A stretch of DNA of 64,000 nucleotides. It comes from Candidatus Bathyarchaeia archaeon (GTDB taxonomy: Archaea > Thermoproteota > Bathyarchaeia > TCS64). Shown here in pieces: positions 18,214 through 27,893 of the stretch; positions within the stretch are counted from its first letter, which is position 1, and each line of letters begins with the position of its first letter. The notes below the pieces were generated by a model. The model made no database searches. It saw only the letters and a program-made list of their open reading frames with translations, and was not told the origin of the DNA. The stretch is from contig JBEKDF010000002.1 of NCBI GenBank assembly GCA_050014495.1, positions 96,001 to 160,000 of the forward strand, given 5' to 3'. A program made the translations under genes and the position numbers.

Positions 18214-19653
18214 CTACACTTGGGCTCTGTCGGCCGCGACCTTTGCTGTCTCCAGTGGAGGAACACAATCCACTGGAATGGGGGTCTTATAGATCCTACC
18301 CTTGAGGCGATCTGTGTACTCGGCTTTAGCCTTCTTGAGGAGTTCTGGCTGGGTGATGAGGTCGAGGGCGGTGCCAGCGATAGTCTTAGCCGCGAATACT
18401 AGACTCTTATGGGCTACTGTGCTTCCACTCATGGCTACGAACTGCCAACTGTGACCTGGGGCGCCTAGGACATTTAATGTTGTGCCAAACTCGACGGTTG
18501 GGCATTTCCAGCTGACATCGCCGACGTCGCTGCTCCCAGCCATGACCTCTCCCTCGCCTGTTGGGTCGAGGATGTCAGTTAGAAGGTCGATGTCGACGTA
18601 CTTCTCCCAGCCGGGTATCTTGGATTTGCGCAGGCTGTCTACCTTCTGCTCCTTTGGGGTACTCTTAGCAATCTCTGCAGCGAATTCTAACTCCTTCTCG
18701 CTGTAAGTTGGTGAACCGACTTCACGCATGTTCTTGACGACCGTTTCAGCGACCACCTTGTTGGGGATAATATTGTAGAGGCCGTCGATGAACTCGACTT
18801 TGAGCGTTGTCTCTGTCATGAGGGCTGCGCCTTCGGCGATTTTGAGGATTCTGGAGTAGATTGGTTCTAGTTGGTCGCGTTCGGGTGCGCGTATGTAGTA
18901 CCAGCTTCGAGCATAGTCTGGGACGACGTTGGGTTGTCCTCCTCCGGCCTCGATGATGTAGTGGAACCTAGCCTCCTGAATCACGTGTTCGCGGAGGTAG
19001 TTTACTCCGATGTTCATGAGTTCTATGGCGTCGAGGGCGCTTCTTCCCTGCTCTGGGTTTGCGGCAGCGTGGCTCGTTTTCCCGTAGTAGTGGAACTTGA
19101 CGCCGTTAACTGCGGTGCTACTGGTCAAGCGTGCTGTGTTCATGCTGCCGGGGTGATGGCTGAGGCAGGCATCCACATCGTCGTAGTGGCCTTCCTTTAC
19201 CATGAAGACCTTGCCCGCGTAGTTCTCCTCGGCGGGGGTTCCGAAGAACTTGATACGCGCATTGATGTTGTCAGCTTCTAACTCGTAGCGTAAGGCTATG
19301 GCACCAGCCATGCCACTGACGCCATGAACATTGTGACCACAGCCGTGGCCAGCGTGGCCAGGTGTGAGTGGCTCCTTCTGTGTGGTTACCTTCTGACTTA
19401 TGCCGGGCAGGGCGTCGAATTCACCCTGTATACCTATGCATGTTTGGCCCTTGCCGTATTCGGCGACGAATGCGGTTGGCATGCCTGCAACGCCGCGTTT
19501 GACTTTGAAGGCGTTTTTCTCGAGCTCGTCTGCTATTAGCTTAGATGATCTGGTCTCCCAGAGACCGAGTTCAGCGTAGCCCCAGATCTTGTCGCTCATC
19601 TCGGCAAGGTGCTCTCTATTTTCGTCTATCCACTTCCATGCAGTCTGTTTCAT
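18214..19653 (-). CDS. M20 amidohydrolase, AbgB-like (close paralogue of 15937..17385)
   Basis: Same motifs (GHGCGH, GTPAEE, GSSDVGDVSW) and long near-identical stretches shared with the neighbouring paralogue. Confidence 0.9.
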   Translation of the reverse strand: MKQTAWKWIDENREHLAEMSDKIWGYAELGLWETRSSKLIADELEKNAFKVKRGVAGMPTAFVAEYGKGQTCIGIQGEFDALPGISQKVTTQKEPLTPGHAGHGCGHNVHGVSGMAGAIALRYELEADNINARIKFFGTPAEENYAGKVFMVKEGHYDDVDACLSHHPGSMNTARLTSSTAVNGVKFHYYGKTSHAAANPEQGRSALDAIELMNIGVNYLREHVIQEARFHYIIEAGGGQPNVVPDYARSWYYIRAPERDQLEPIYSRILKIAEGAALMTETTLKVEFIDGLYNIIPNKVVAETVVKNMREVGSPTYSEKELEFAAEIAKSTPKEQKVDSLRKSKIPGWEKYVDIDLLTDILDPTGEGEVMAGSSDVGDVSWKCPTVEFGTTLNVLGAPGHSWQFVAMSGSTVAHKSLVFAAKTIAGTALDLITQPELLKKAKAEYTDRLKGRIYKTPIPVDCVPPLETAKVAADRAQV

Positions 19654-19745
19654 GGTTACAATTGATATGATATTGTTGGTTAAGTTTTGGGTGGACGAGA
19701 CTATAGAGGAACTGCTTTAGTGGGAGAAAAATGCCCCTTTTGGAA

Positions 19746-19970
19746 TCACTGGCTGGAGTGTTTTGTCCACTTCTCGTAGTGTTTACGTATAACTTCCATG
19801 ACCTTTTCGGTCTCTTCCTTAGTGTGGACCTTTTGGAATGTGATGCTGTGTTCCCAAGATTTTGTCTTCGGATCCACCTTGTTGATCTTGAAGTAGACCT
19901 GTATGCCTAGTTTTCTGAGTTCTGCTACTATCTCAGTCTCTTGCTGCTTTACCTCTCCGGGCAGTGACGT
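19746..19970 (-). CDS. Hypothetical protein of about 74 aa; non-canonical start (ACG or CTG)
   Basis: Hand translation: (M)SLPGEVKQQETEIVAELRKLGIQVYFKINKVDPKTKSWEHSITFQKVHTKEETEKVMEVIRKHYEKWTKHSSQ. GGTGA lies 6 nt upstream of the ACG. Confidence 0.5.
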   Translation of the reverse strand, partial: TSLPGEVKQQETEIVAELRKLGIQVYFKINKVDPKTKSWEHSITFQKVHTKEETEKVMEVIRKHYEKWTKHSSQ

Positions 19971-20019
19971 TTTGCTTCACCTGTGTGTATTGAGTGGCTG
20001 AGGTGTTATTAATGGTGGT

Positions 20020-20154
20020 CTATTTCTTGTGTTTGTAGCCCGCCGGTAGTGTGACCGCTTTCCGTTCCTTGGTGGCCTTCTTCTTGGCTCTGACTAGTTC
20101 GTTGTGTTTCTTGACGCCTTCGATCTTCTCTGCTTTGCTCTTGCTTGTTGGCAC
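20020..20154 (-). CDS. Small, highly basic 44-aa protein
   Basis: Hand translation: MPTSKSKAEKIEGVKKHNELVRAKKKATKERKAVTLPAGYKHKK, with AGGTGG upstream. Below the ORF-track length cutoff. Confidence 0.5.
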   Translation of the reverse strand: MPTSKSKAEKIEGVKKHNELVRAKKKATKERKAVTLPAGYKHKK

Positions 20155-20314
20155 GTTGAGAACTTCCACCTAACATGTGATGTTGGTGCGCCTTATAGCT
20201 ATGTATTTTTAATAAAAATATTCGTCACGCGCAAATGGGGCCATAGTCTTATCCCCAAAACCCAACTGCTTATACTTACTACGTACTAACCCTAACATTC
20301 CCTACTCCCACACG

Positions 20315-20731
20315 CTATTCAGAAATCAGAATGTTATTTTCTTTAGCTAACCGATAAGCGTCGACTATAATTTCTTCAGGGGGCATTCCAGCGAGATTTG
20401 CTAAAAAACCCAAATTCACTGCATTTGTGCGACTATCTTTTAGATCCTTAAATATTTTCTCTAATAAGGTGGTCTTACTTTCATAGTTCCAAAGAGCGTA
20501 TTTTCCGTCGATTATCTTTATAACATTCTCATCTAATAATGTTGGCTCATCACGAGAGAATGTTGAGGGGCTAATGCTAGCTTCCTTAATTAGTTGATTC
20601 TTTTCTAATGGCTGTTCCTTGATTAGCGCTACTATAATAGCTGCATCGGAGCTTAAGCCGTGTTTTTGACTGATTCTCTTCCGAGGATCCTTATGTTTCA
20701 TTTTTGCAAACTCACTATAACGTCTTTGCAT
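20315..20731 (-). CDS. Hypothetical winged-helix-like DNA-binding protein
   Basis: PLEKNQLIKEASISPSTFSRDEPTLLDENVIKIIDGKYAL resembles an HTH plus wing; AT-rich. Confidence 0.55.
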   Translation of the reverse strand: MQRRYSEFAKMKHKDPRKRISQKHGLSSDAAIIVALIKEQPLEKNQLIKEASISPSTFSRDEPTLLDENVIKIIDGKYALWNYESKTTLLEKIFKDLKDSRTNAVNLGFLANLAGMPPEEIIVDAYRLAKENNILISE

Positions 20732-20783
20732 TTTTGCATAATAAATGTTTTTTGAAATTTTAACTTCATATTAGGTGAAGAAA

Positions 20784-21221
20784 ATGTCTAGAAAACGTAC
20801 ACAAAAAAGTATAGGACTAGATGAACTTCCCCAAAAAGTACGAAGCTGTCTCATCAAGTTGATGACCGAGTTTCATATCGATGATGTCGAGGAAGCACTG
20901 GTGAAGATGGCTGCGCTCGCTGATAGTAACAGTCACGAGTTTTGGAGTATGGTGGGGGATCAGGGTGAGATGAAATATAAGTCTCGACACTTTAAGGAAA
21001 TGAATCGAACAGTGGCTACCATTAAGAAGACCGCTGAGGAAAAGACTAAAACGGAATATGAAAGGGGATGGGGTGTCGCCTATCAGAGCTATGCAATAAT
21101 GTACCCATGTAGTATCTGTGGGGGCATGATTCCCCTTACACCCAACAGCGAGGCGCATAAGGCAATCGTTAACTATCTTCAAGAGAAGGGTTGGGCACAT
21201 TTTGAGTGTATGAACAGGTAG
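20784..21221 (+). CDS. Hypothetical protein with C-terminal Zn-binding motif (CxxC...HxxC)
   Basis: YPCSICGG...GWAHFEC; GGTGA precedes ATG 20784. Confidence 0.65.
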   Translation: MSRKRTQKSIGLDELPQKVRSCLIKLMTEFHIDDVEEALVKMAALADSNSHEFWSMVGDQGEMKYKSRHFKEMNRTVATIKKTAEEKTKTEYERGWGVAYQSYAIMYPCSICGGMIPLTPNSEAHKAIVNYLQEKGWAHFECMNR

Positions 21222-21874
21222 TATCGATAGAGTTATGGAGATCTGACAATTATGCTTCGAGGGTCTTAAGATAAAACAACGAATTATCCACGGTCTTATG
21301 TCGGTGAAGTCACGGGGTTTATAGGTGGTAATAATGAGATTTATTGATGGGATTACGGAGGAGAAATAGGCATCTTCGATTTTTTCAGTTAATGAGTCTT
21401 CCTGACATCTCTATGAATGGCTATAGTATTTCTGGAGAAGTAGAATGTTTAAGACAGGAGTGTGGATGTTTGTGTTCGTACAATCGCGCGTGTAATCTAT
21501 TGTATAGCGTCTCGCGTGCGCCGATGTGTGTGGGGCGCATGGGATTTTGAGTTCATTTATTTGTGGTTTTCTGCTTGCGTGACTTGGGCTTGTCGCGATG
21601 TTCATTTTGGCAGTCTGTTCATTTTGGACAACTATGATGCTATAGTGTGTTCATCATGATGCGTAGTTGGAGTTTTGGAGTTATTGGTTGTCTCTAGTGT
21701 TTTTTTTATTGGGCTTAATTTTCACCTGTTTTTTTTTGATTTTTGTTTGCAGAATCGCAAAAGATGCTCTCTTAGCTTTTTCTCCACCTTAGTTTTTGTC
21801 TCTGGTTAGGTTTCCTTCGTAACAAGTTTTTTGAGGAAGGTGTGTGTGCGCGCAGTTTACCTTAGTGGAAGTGT

Positions 21875-22789
21875 CTAGAAGATCCTGACCCCGCTGCGCC
21901 TAGCATCTTTGAGCTCCTCCTCATCCCAGCCCCCAAATATAGACGCGGCTAACTTGAGGTAACCAATCTTGTTAGGGTCTTTTCCCTCGAGGGTCGCTAC
22001 GAAGGCGTCCAGCCTCACCGAGTCCTCGCATCCGAGGAGTAGCCCCTGGTTCTTCGCAGTGTTCGGCTTGATCGCCTCCTCCGCGGTTTTCCCGATGGAG
22101 GCCGTCAGCACTCCGTCCACCATTCCCTTCACGTCGAAGATGGAGTGGTACACCTTGTTGATGTCAATGATGCACTGATCCAGCTTACAATCAAGCTCTC
22201 CGTGATACTTGCTTCGCCCTGGCCCAGGTATCATACCGAACAGGTTCTTCAGTGTGAGGCTTAACACGATGGGCTCGTGGTTCAGCCTGTACTTGGCTAG
22301 GCTCAGGAAGGTGCCTCCCCTCATCTCGAAGAGGCACGTTGGGACCTGCGCGTACATCTCATCGAAGAGTACCGGTGGGTATTTGTCCGCCATCTTTTTG
22401 ATCACCCCCGGCTCCACGACGCGTTTCGCCCAAACCTCCTCAGTCACGTTCAGATACTCCACATCGTGCTTCTTCAGCACGTCGCCGACACCCGAGTACT
22501 TGAGGAACCACTCGTCACTCTTCTTCAGGTCACTCCTCTTCTGGGATCCAATTCCCTTCCCATTCAGAGCGTCCTCCGTCCTCGCCCACCCGTAGCTCTC
22601 AACGACCAGCGCCTCCCCGCCGATCTCAGACAGCACGCCGTCTAGCACAGCCGCTTCCGTGAAGTTGTTGATGGTCCCCCAATTCGGTTTGATGATAACG
22701 GGTGGCCTCAGATTCAGCTCAGAGACAATGTTATGGTATATCGAAGGATCCGTTGACTGCTCCATAATGACTTTACCATATCTCAACAA
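21875..22789 (-). CDS. DUF362 domain protein
   Basis: VIIKPNW, VVES and LTLKNLFGMIP...KYH motifs. Confidence 0.8.
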   Translation of the reverse strand: MLRYGKVIMEQSTDPSIYHNIVSELNLRPPVIIKPNWGTINNFTEAAVLDGVLSEIGGEALVVESYGWARTEDALNGKGIGSQKRSDLKKSDEWFLKYSGVGDVLKKHDVEYLNVTEEVWAKRVVEPGVIKKMADKYPPVLFDEMYAQVPTCLFEMRGGTFLSLAKYRLNHEPIVLSLTLKNLFGMIPGPGRSKYHGELDCKLDQCIIDINKVYHSIFDVKGMVDGVLTASIGKTAEEAIKPNTAKNQGLLLGCEDSVRLDAFVATLEGKDPNKIGYLKLAASIFGGWDEEELKDARRSGVRIF

Positions 22790-22824
22790 CTCTTCCCCCG
22801 AAAATAGGATCTCAGGTTAGGGGA

Positions 22825-24009
22825 CTACGCGAAGACTTCCTCAAACCTCTTCACGAGCTCCTTCTCCTGGCCGGGTAGCAGCATCAGAGTGTTGACTATG
22901 AAGTTGTTGCTGTCCCCCCAATAGCGGACCCAGACCTCCGGGTCTCCCTCCCTAAGCTTCTTCACGATCACCCCAACCTCGTCGATCCCCTTGTCGAGGA
23001 AGTGCACATCGAGGCCCAGGGTGTTGTACGCTGTCCCTGTACCGCTCTTGGGAATGAAGTTGATACGCGCCTCCTTGAGGCCGGGGAGCTTCCTGATCCT
23101 CTTCTCGATGTAGCGAGCCCTCTCCCACGCCGGTGCTATCCTCTCCGCCTCGTGGTCGAGCGCCATCCACCTCTTGAATGCCACAACTAGTCCAACTATC
23201 TCCTGCCGGTCGAGTTTGTAACCCCGACCGATGCCGCGCCACTTCCCCGGCGTCTCATCCGGCCCTGACTCTACCCCGATGAAGCTATGTAGAGCCATCG
23301 CCTCCATGAGGTCCCTCCGCCCGATGGCGAAGCCGGTGCTATTCGGCCCATGCACGTACTTCCCACCGAAGGCAATAATATCCGCCTTCATGTCCGTGAA
23401 CATCTTGAAGTTGCTAGTCGGATAAGTCATGCCCGCCGCGTCGACGATGACTGGCACACCATGATTATGAGCCATCTTGAGCAGATCCTTCAACTGGGGC
23501 ACCCCCCTCTTCGGCACTATTGGGTAAGCGTAGTGGATCGCCGCAGTCCTATCCGTTATCGCGGCCTCGAACTCATCCACACCACAGCCCCAGTTCTCGT
23601 CCCCAACGAAGACGAACTTGCCGCCTGCCACCTCCATGGCGCGGTCATAGACGTAGAGCCTATTGTTTCTCCCGATGATGAACTCATTCCTCATCCCCGT
23701 CGAGTCGGGGAGGCGCCTCATCTTCTCGGGGTCCTTCCCAGCCATGCATGCGGCAGCGCCTAGGACGAGGGCCGCGAATCCCCCGCTAGTTATCCAGGCG
23801 GCTTCCGCGCCAGTCCCCTTAGCAATGATTGCGCTCCCCTTCTCAAGCAGCTCCCACATGTTACAGTAGCTCTCATTCGCCCTATCCATCGCCTCTTGCA
23901 CCTCCCTTGGTACGGTGCTACCACCCAATCGAGTAAGGGCGAAAGCCGCATTCACCACTCTCTTGCAACCAAGCTCAGAATAAACACTCATGGAAGGGAA
24001 GAAAGCCAC
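22825..24009 (-). CDS. SelA-like PLP-dependent enzyme (DgaE / D-glucosaminate-6-phosphate ammonia-lyase-like)
   Basis: VVNAAFALTRLGGS, VIVDAA, FGGKYVHGP, GIGRGYKLDRQEIVG. Confidence 0.8.
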   Translation of the reverse strand: MAFFPSMSVYSELGCKRVVNAAFALTRLGGSTVPREVQEAMDRANESYCNMWELLEKGSAIIAKGTGAEAAWITSGGFAALVLGAAACMAGKDPEKMRRLPDSTGMRNEFIIGRNNRLYVYDRAMEVAGGKFVFVGDENWGCGVDEFEAAITDRTAAIHYAYPIVPKRGVPQLKDLLKMAHNHGVPVIVDAAGMTYPTSNFKMFTDMKADIIAFGGKYVHGPNSTGFAIGRRDLMEAMALHSFIGVESGPDETPGKWRGIGRGYKLDRQEIVGLVVAFKRWMALDHEAERIAPAWERARYIEKRIRKLPGLKEARINFIPKSGTGTAYNTLGLDVHFLDKGIDEVGVIVKKLREGDPEVWVRYWGDSNNFIVNTLMLLPGQEKELVKRFEEVFA

Positions 24010-24033
24010 GACGCGATAAAACAGTTTGCAGAA

Positions 24034-24501
24034 TCAGCGGTACTCCTCGATCCCCCGCTCCCTGCGGAGAAAGTCGCCCAGATCGAAGACATTCTTGAGC
24101 ATCATCTTCTCGTCACTAATCTCAATCTTCCCATAGCCGAGGCAGTCCCCCCCGAGCATCACGAGGAAACATGCACCCTCAACGAAATCGCCCTCAGACT
24201 TTAGTATGCTCTCTGCGAAGACGTCTCTTCCACAGGCGAAGAGCCACCCAACCCGCTCATCCACCCACACCTTGTTGGGTCCCTCCAACCTACCCAGCTC
24301 ACGGAGCAGTATGGCGCTTGGAATGAAATCCCCTCTGGTTCTCCCGAGGAGTTTCCCAGCGTAGACCATCCTACCCCTGTCAAAGATCTCTGCTGCGACA
24401 TCCGACCCCGCGGCGAAGCGCCTATCGTTGAGGTTTACACGCGCCCCAGCGGGCTCGTAGACGGCACCAATAGCCACTAGGAAATCCTTGAGTTCCCTCA
24501 T
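24034..24501 (-). CDS. Nip7-like PUA-domain ribosome biogenesis protein
   Basis: YAGKLLG, LFACGRDVF, CLGYG and KNVFDLGDFLRRE; coupled to the upstream methyltransferase. Confidence 0.75.
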   Translation of the reverse strand: MRELKDFLVAIGAVYEPAGARVNLNDRRFAAGSDVAAEIFDRGRMVYAGKLLGRTRGDFIPSAILLRELGRLEGPNKVWVDERVGWLFACGRDVFAESILKSEGDFVEGACFLVMLGGDCLGYGKIEISDEKMMLKNVFDLGDFLRRERGIEEYR

Positions 24502-25382
24502 GGCTTCACCACCTTCGCGACGAAGAATCCCTGAGTCCCAGTCTCATCTGGCCAGAACCTCCTGCACCTCGCCAACTCTGAGCTCAGGCTCCTGCCCAGA
24601 ACCTCCGTCAACGCGTGGCTACCTGGTCCTACTACCTCCTCCAGCATGATGTCATGATTATCCATGAGCCACTGCACGTTTAGCTCATCCTCCTCAGGCT
24701 CGAGGCTACACGTGGTGTAGACGAGAGTTCCCCCATGCCTGAGCTGCCCCACAGCGGCCCCTAGTAGCCTCCTCTGCTCCGCCGCGTTACCCTCAACATC
24801 TCCTATGCTACGTTTGCTGAACCAAGATCTATCTGTCACGTAATTCCCGGAGCAGGGTGCGTCGAGTAGAATCTTGTCGAAGAGGGTGCCCCCGTAGTCG
24901 AGCCCCACCGCATCGGCATGGTATGCGACGCAGTTCTCCACCCCTGTACGCTCAAGGTTGTTCTCCAGGGCGTATAGGCGGTCCCTGCGTACATCGACGG
25001 CGACTATGGCTCCCCTGTTCTCCATCCACGCTGCCATCTGCGTCGTCTTACCCCCTGGGGCTGCACACATGTCTAGCACCACCTCTCCTTCACCAGGCCT
25101 GAGCACCTCCACGGGGAACTGAGCCGCCGCCTCCTGGATCGAGTATAGGCCTAGGAGGTACTCGAAGCTCGCGCCGAAGCTCGCCTCACCCCCCTCGACA
25201 TAGAATCCATTCCTCAGCCACGGTATACCTGTAAGCCTCGCCCCCCGCGCCTCGAGTCTACCCACGACCTCCTCCCTACCAGATAGGAGAGTGTTGACCC
25301 TTATCGCCCTCTTCGTCCTCTCGTCGCCCCTAAGCTCATGTCCCATCGCGCTGTAGCGTTCGAGGAAGAAGCCGGCGCCCAT
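24498..25382 (-). CDS. RsmB/Nop2/Sun family RNA m5C methyltransferase
   Basis: VLDMCAAPGGKT, ILLDAPCSG, YTTCSL. Confidence 0.93.
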   Translation of the reverse strand: MGAGFFLERYSAMGHELRGDERTKRAIRVNTLLSGREEVVGRLEARGARLTGIPWLRNGFYVEGGEASFGASFEYLLGLYSIQEAAAQFPVEVLRPGEGEVVLDMCAAPGGKTTQMAAWMENRGAIVAVDVRRDRLYALENNLERTGVENCVAYHADAVGLDYGGTLFDKILLDAPCSGNYVTDRSWFSKRSIGDVEGNAAEQRRLLGAAVGQLRHGGTLVYTTCSLEPEEDELNVQWLMDNHDIMLEEVVGPGSHALTEVLGRSLSSELARCRRFWPDETGTQGFFVAKVVKP

Positions 25383-25474
25383 GGGACGCTTCTACTCAGG
25401 AAGCGATTTAACCATTCCCACGGACCTACCCAGGTTTATAGCCTCGACGCAGACTCATTTTCAAGGTGAGCTAA

Positions 25475-26512
25475 TTGGCTAGACCTAGGGCAAGGGAATT
25501 TGGCATCCAGCTGGGCTCGATGGAGGCTGGTAAGCTGAACACTATCACAGATGTCGAAGGCGTCGGAGTCGGTCACTCAACCCTCATCGAGGGTGACTCA
25601 ATCAGGACCGGCGTCACCGCCATAACACCCCACTCTGGGGACCTCACCGAGGATAAGGTCGTAGCCGCCGTCGACCTATTCAATGCTTACGGGAAATCCA
25701 CCGGCCTACCCCAGATAATCTACGAGGGAGTCCTTGAAACACCAATAATGCTCACTGAGACCCTGAACACGTGGAGGGTCGCTGATGCAGTAATCGACTA
25801 CCACCGAGACAAGATGGGACTCGAACTCGGCTCTCTAAACGTCGTCGTTGGGGAGACGAACGGTGGCTACCTCACCGACAACCTCGGCAGGCAAGTAGGC
25901 GTAGAGAATGTTTTCGCAGCCCTTGATCTTGCCAGAAGCTACAAGGGCAGAAGTAAGGTTCCCGAGGGCAACGTCGGTGGGGGCACCCCGATGACCGGCT
26001 ATGGCTTCAAGGGAGGTATAGGCACCGCCAGCCGACTCAGCGACGGCTTCACAGTCGGAGTACTCGTCCAGCTCAACTGCGGCAGCAAGGAGGACCTCAC
26101 CATCGCCGGTGTCCCCGTCGGAAGTGAGGTCAAACTGCCGAGCAAGCCAGTTGCAAGCCCAGGAAACAGCATAATGATGATAGTCGCGACAGACCTCGCC
26201 CTGGATTCGAGGCAGCTCTGGAAGGTAGCGAAGAGGGCAGCCCTCGGCCTGGCACGCACCGGCACCTACAGTGGCAATGGAAGCGGCGACTTCACAATAG
26301 CTTTCACCACTGGGAAGATGCCTCCCACTGTCCACGGGGACGAGTCACTAAACCCCGTTTACAAGGCAACTGTGGAGGCGACGGAGGAGGCGGTCGTCAA
26401 CGCCCTATTCGCAGCGGAGACCATGACTGGCTACAAAGGCCATATGAGGTACGCCCTCCCCCTCGACCAGGTCAGGGAGATATTCGCCCATTACGGGCGT
26501 GACCTACCCTAG
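25475..26512 (+). CDS. P1/S58 family peptidase (DmpA/BapA-like)
   Basis: NTITDVEGVGVGH, EGNVGGGT, FKGGIGTASR, autoprocessing site GN/SIMMIVATD, GSGDFTIAF. Confidence 0.9.
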   Translation: MARPRAREFGIQLGSMEAGKLNTITDVEGVGVGHSTLIEGDSIRTGVTAITPHSGDLTEDKVVAAVDLFNAYGKSTGLPQIIYEGVLETPIMLTETLNTWRVADAVIDYHRDKMGLELGSLNVVVGETNGGYLTDNLGRQVGVENVFAALDLARSYKGRSKVPEGNVGGGTPMTGYGFKGGIGTASRLSDGFTVGVLVQLNCGSKEDLTIAGVPVGSEVKLPSKPVASPGNSIMMIVATDLALDSRQLWKVAKRAALGLARTGTYSGNGSGDFTIAFTTGKMPPTVHGDESLNPVYKATVEATEEAVVNALFAAETMTGYKGHMRYALPLDQVREIFAHYGRDLP

Positions 26513-26561
26513 CTGGTAAACGTTAAACCCCCTCGAGCGCCAAATATCTCGGTGCATCTTC

Positions 26562-27893
26562 TTGCCTAGCCTCCAAGGTCCAAAAATAGTCGCGGGACCA
26601 CCAGGCCCACGAGTCACCAAGCTCCTCACCGACTCTGGCTTGGACCCATCCTCTTACTCGAGCCCCATAGTCGACGAGGCGAGGGGCATCTACGTCAAGG
26701 ACCTCGACGGGAACATCTTCTTAGACCTCATCTCGGGGCGCTGCGTCGCCAACACTGGCTACAACCATCCCAGGGTCGTTGAGGCTGTGAAGGCACAAGT
26801 CGAAAGGAGCATTCACTGGCAGACTGAACAGTCCTACACACTCATCTCTAGACTCGAGGCGATGTTAGCCTCGGGACCGAAGCAGGTCTACTGGAGCCAA
26901 TCAGGGAGCCTCGCCAACGACCACGCAATCAAGGCCGTTCGAAGAGCCACGGGGAGGCCACTGATCCTGAGCTTCACGGGGAGCTACCACGGGAGCAGCA
27001 TGGGAGCCATCAGCCTCAGCGGCTACGACCCAAGCATGAAGAGGCACTACGGTCCCCTCCTCCCTGGCATCATCCACGTCCCATACGCCTCATGCTACAG
27101 GTGTCCCCTGAAGATGAAGCACCCCGATTGTAGTCTCGCATGCCTCAGCTACATAGAGGACGTAGCCTTCAAGAGCTACATACCCTCAGACGAAGTCGCG
27201 GCCATCTTCGTTGAGCCAGTCCAGGGGGACGCCGGATGGCATGTCCCCCCACCTGGGTGGCACGATGGATTAAAGAGACTCTGCGAAAGGCATGGTATCC
27301 TCCACGTGGCGGATGAGGTTCAGACTGGCTTTGGAAGAACGGGGACATGGCTAGGGATGGACCACTGGGGCGTCAAACCCGACGTCGTGATACTTGGGAA
27401 GGCGATGGGGAGCGGCGTTCCAATCAGCGCAGTCGTCCTCGGCAGGGACTTACTCGAGTCGACAGACCCCGAGCCAATCCCCATACACGCCCAGAGCTTC
27501 AGCGCCACACCCCTCGGCACCGCCGCGGCACACGCCACAATGGATGTAATCCGTGACGAGAAACTCTGTGAAAACTCGGAGAAGATTGGGGTATACATGA
27601 GAAAGAGACTAATCGAGCTCATGGATGAGCACCCGAGCATCGGCGACGTAAGGGGAATAGGCCTGCTGATAGGCATAGAGATAGTCAAAGACAGGGAGAA
27701 AAAAATCCCAGACCCCGGAACCGCCAACGCGATCTGCTCGGAGGCATTCAAGAGGGGCGTATACACACTCAACATGGGTAGCTACGGTGGCAGAGCCATC
27801 CGAGTCGCCCCACCCCTAATAATCGACGAGGCACAGGCTGACACCGCCATAGATCTACTCGAGGAATCCATAGGAAAGGCGGAGACTGGTTAG
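26562..27893 (+). CDS. Class III PLP enzyme (GABA-aminotransferase fold; possibly an amino-acid racemase)
   Basis: SYHGSS, EPVQGDAG, DEVQTGFGRTG, ILGKAMGSG. Confidence 0.85.
   Translation: MPSLQGPKIVAGPPGPRVTKLLTDSGLDPSSYSSPIVDEARGIYVKDLDGNIFLDLISGRCVANTGYNHPRVVEAVKAQVERSIHWQTEQSYTLISRLEAMLASGPKQVYWSQSGSLANDHAIKAVRRATGRPLILSFTGSYHGSSMGAISLSGYDPSMKRHYGPLLPGIIHVPYASCYRCPLKMKHPDCSLACLSYIEDVAFKSYIPSDEVAAIFVEPVQGDAGWHVPPPGWHDGLKRLCERHGILHVADEVQTGFGRTGTWLGMDHWGVKPDVVILGKAMGSGVPISAVVLGRDLLESTDPEPIPIHAQSFSATPLGTAAAHATMDVIRDEKLCENSEKIGVYMRKRLIELMDEHPSIGDVRGIGLLIGIEIVKDREKKIPDPGTANAICSEAFKRGVYTLNMGSYGGRAIRVAPPLIIDEAQADTAIDLLEESIGKAETG

Noticed and set aside
21344..21659. Overlapping 64-68 aa ORFs on both strands
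   Set aside because: No RBS, recognisable motif or consistent coding character; treated as non-coding.
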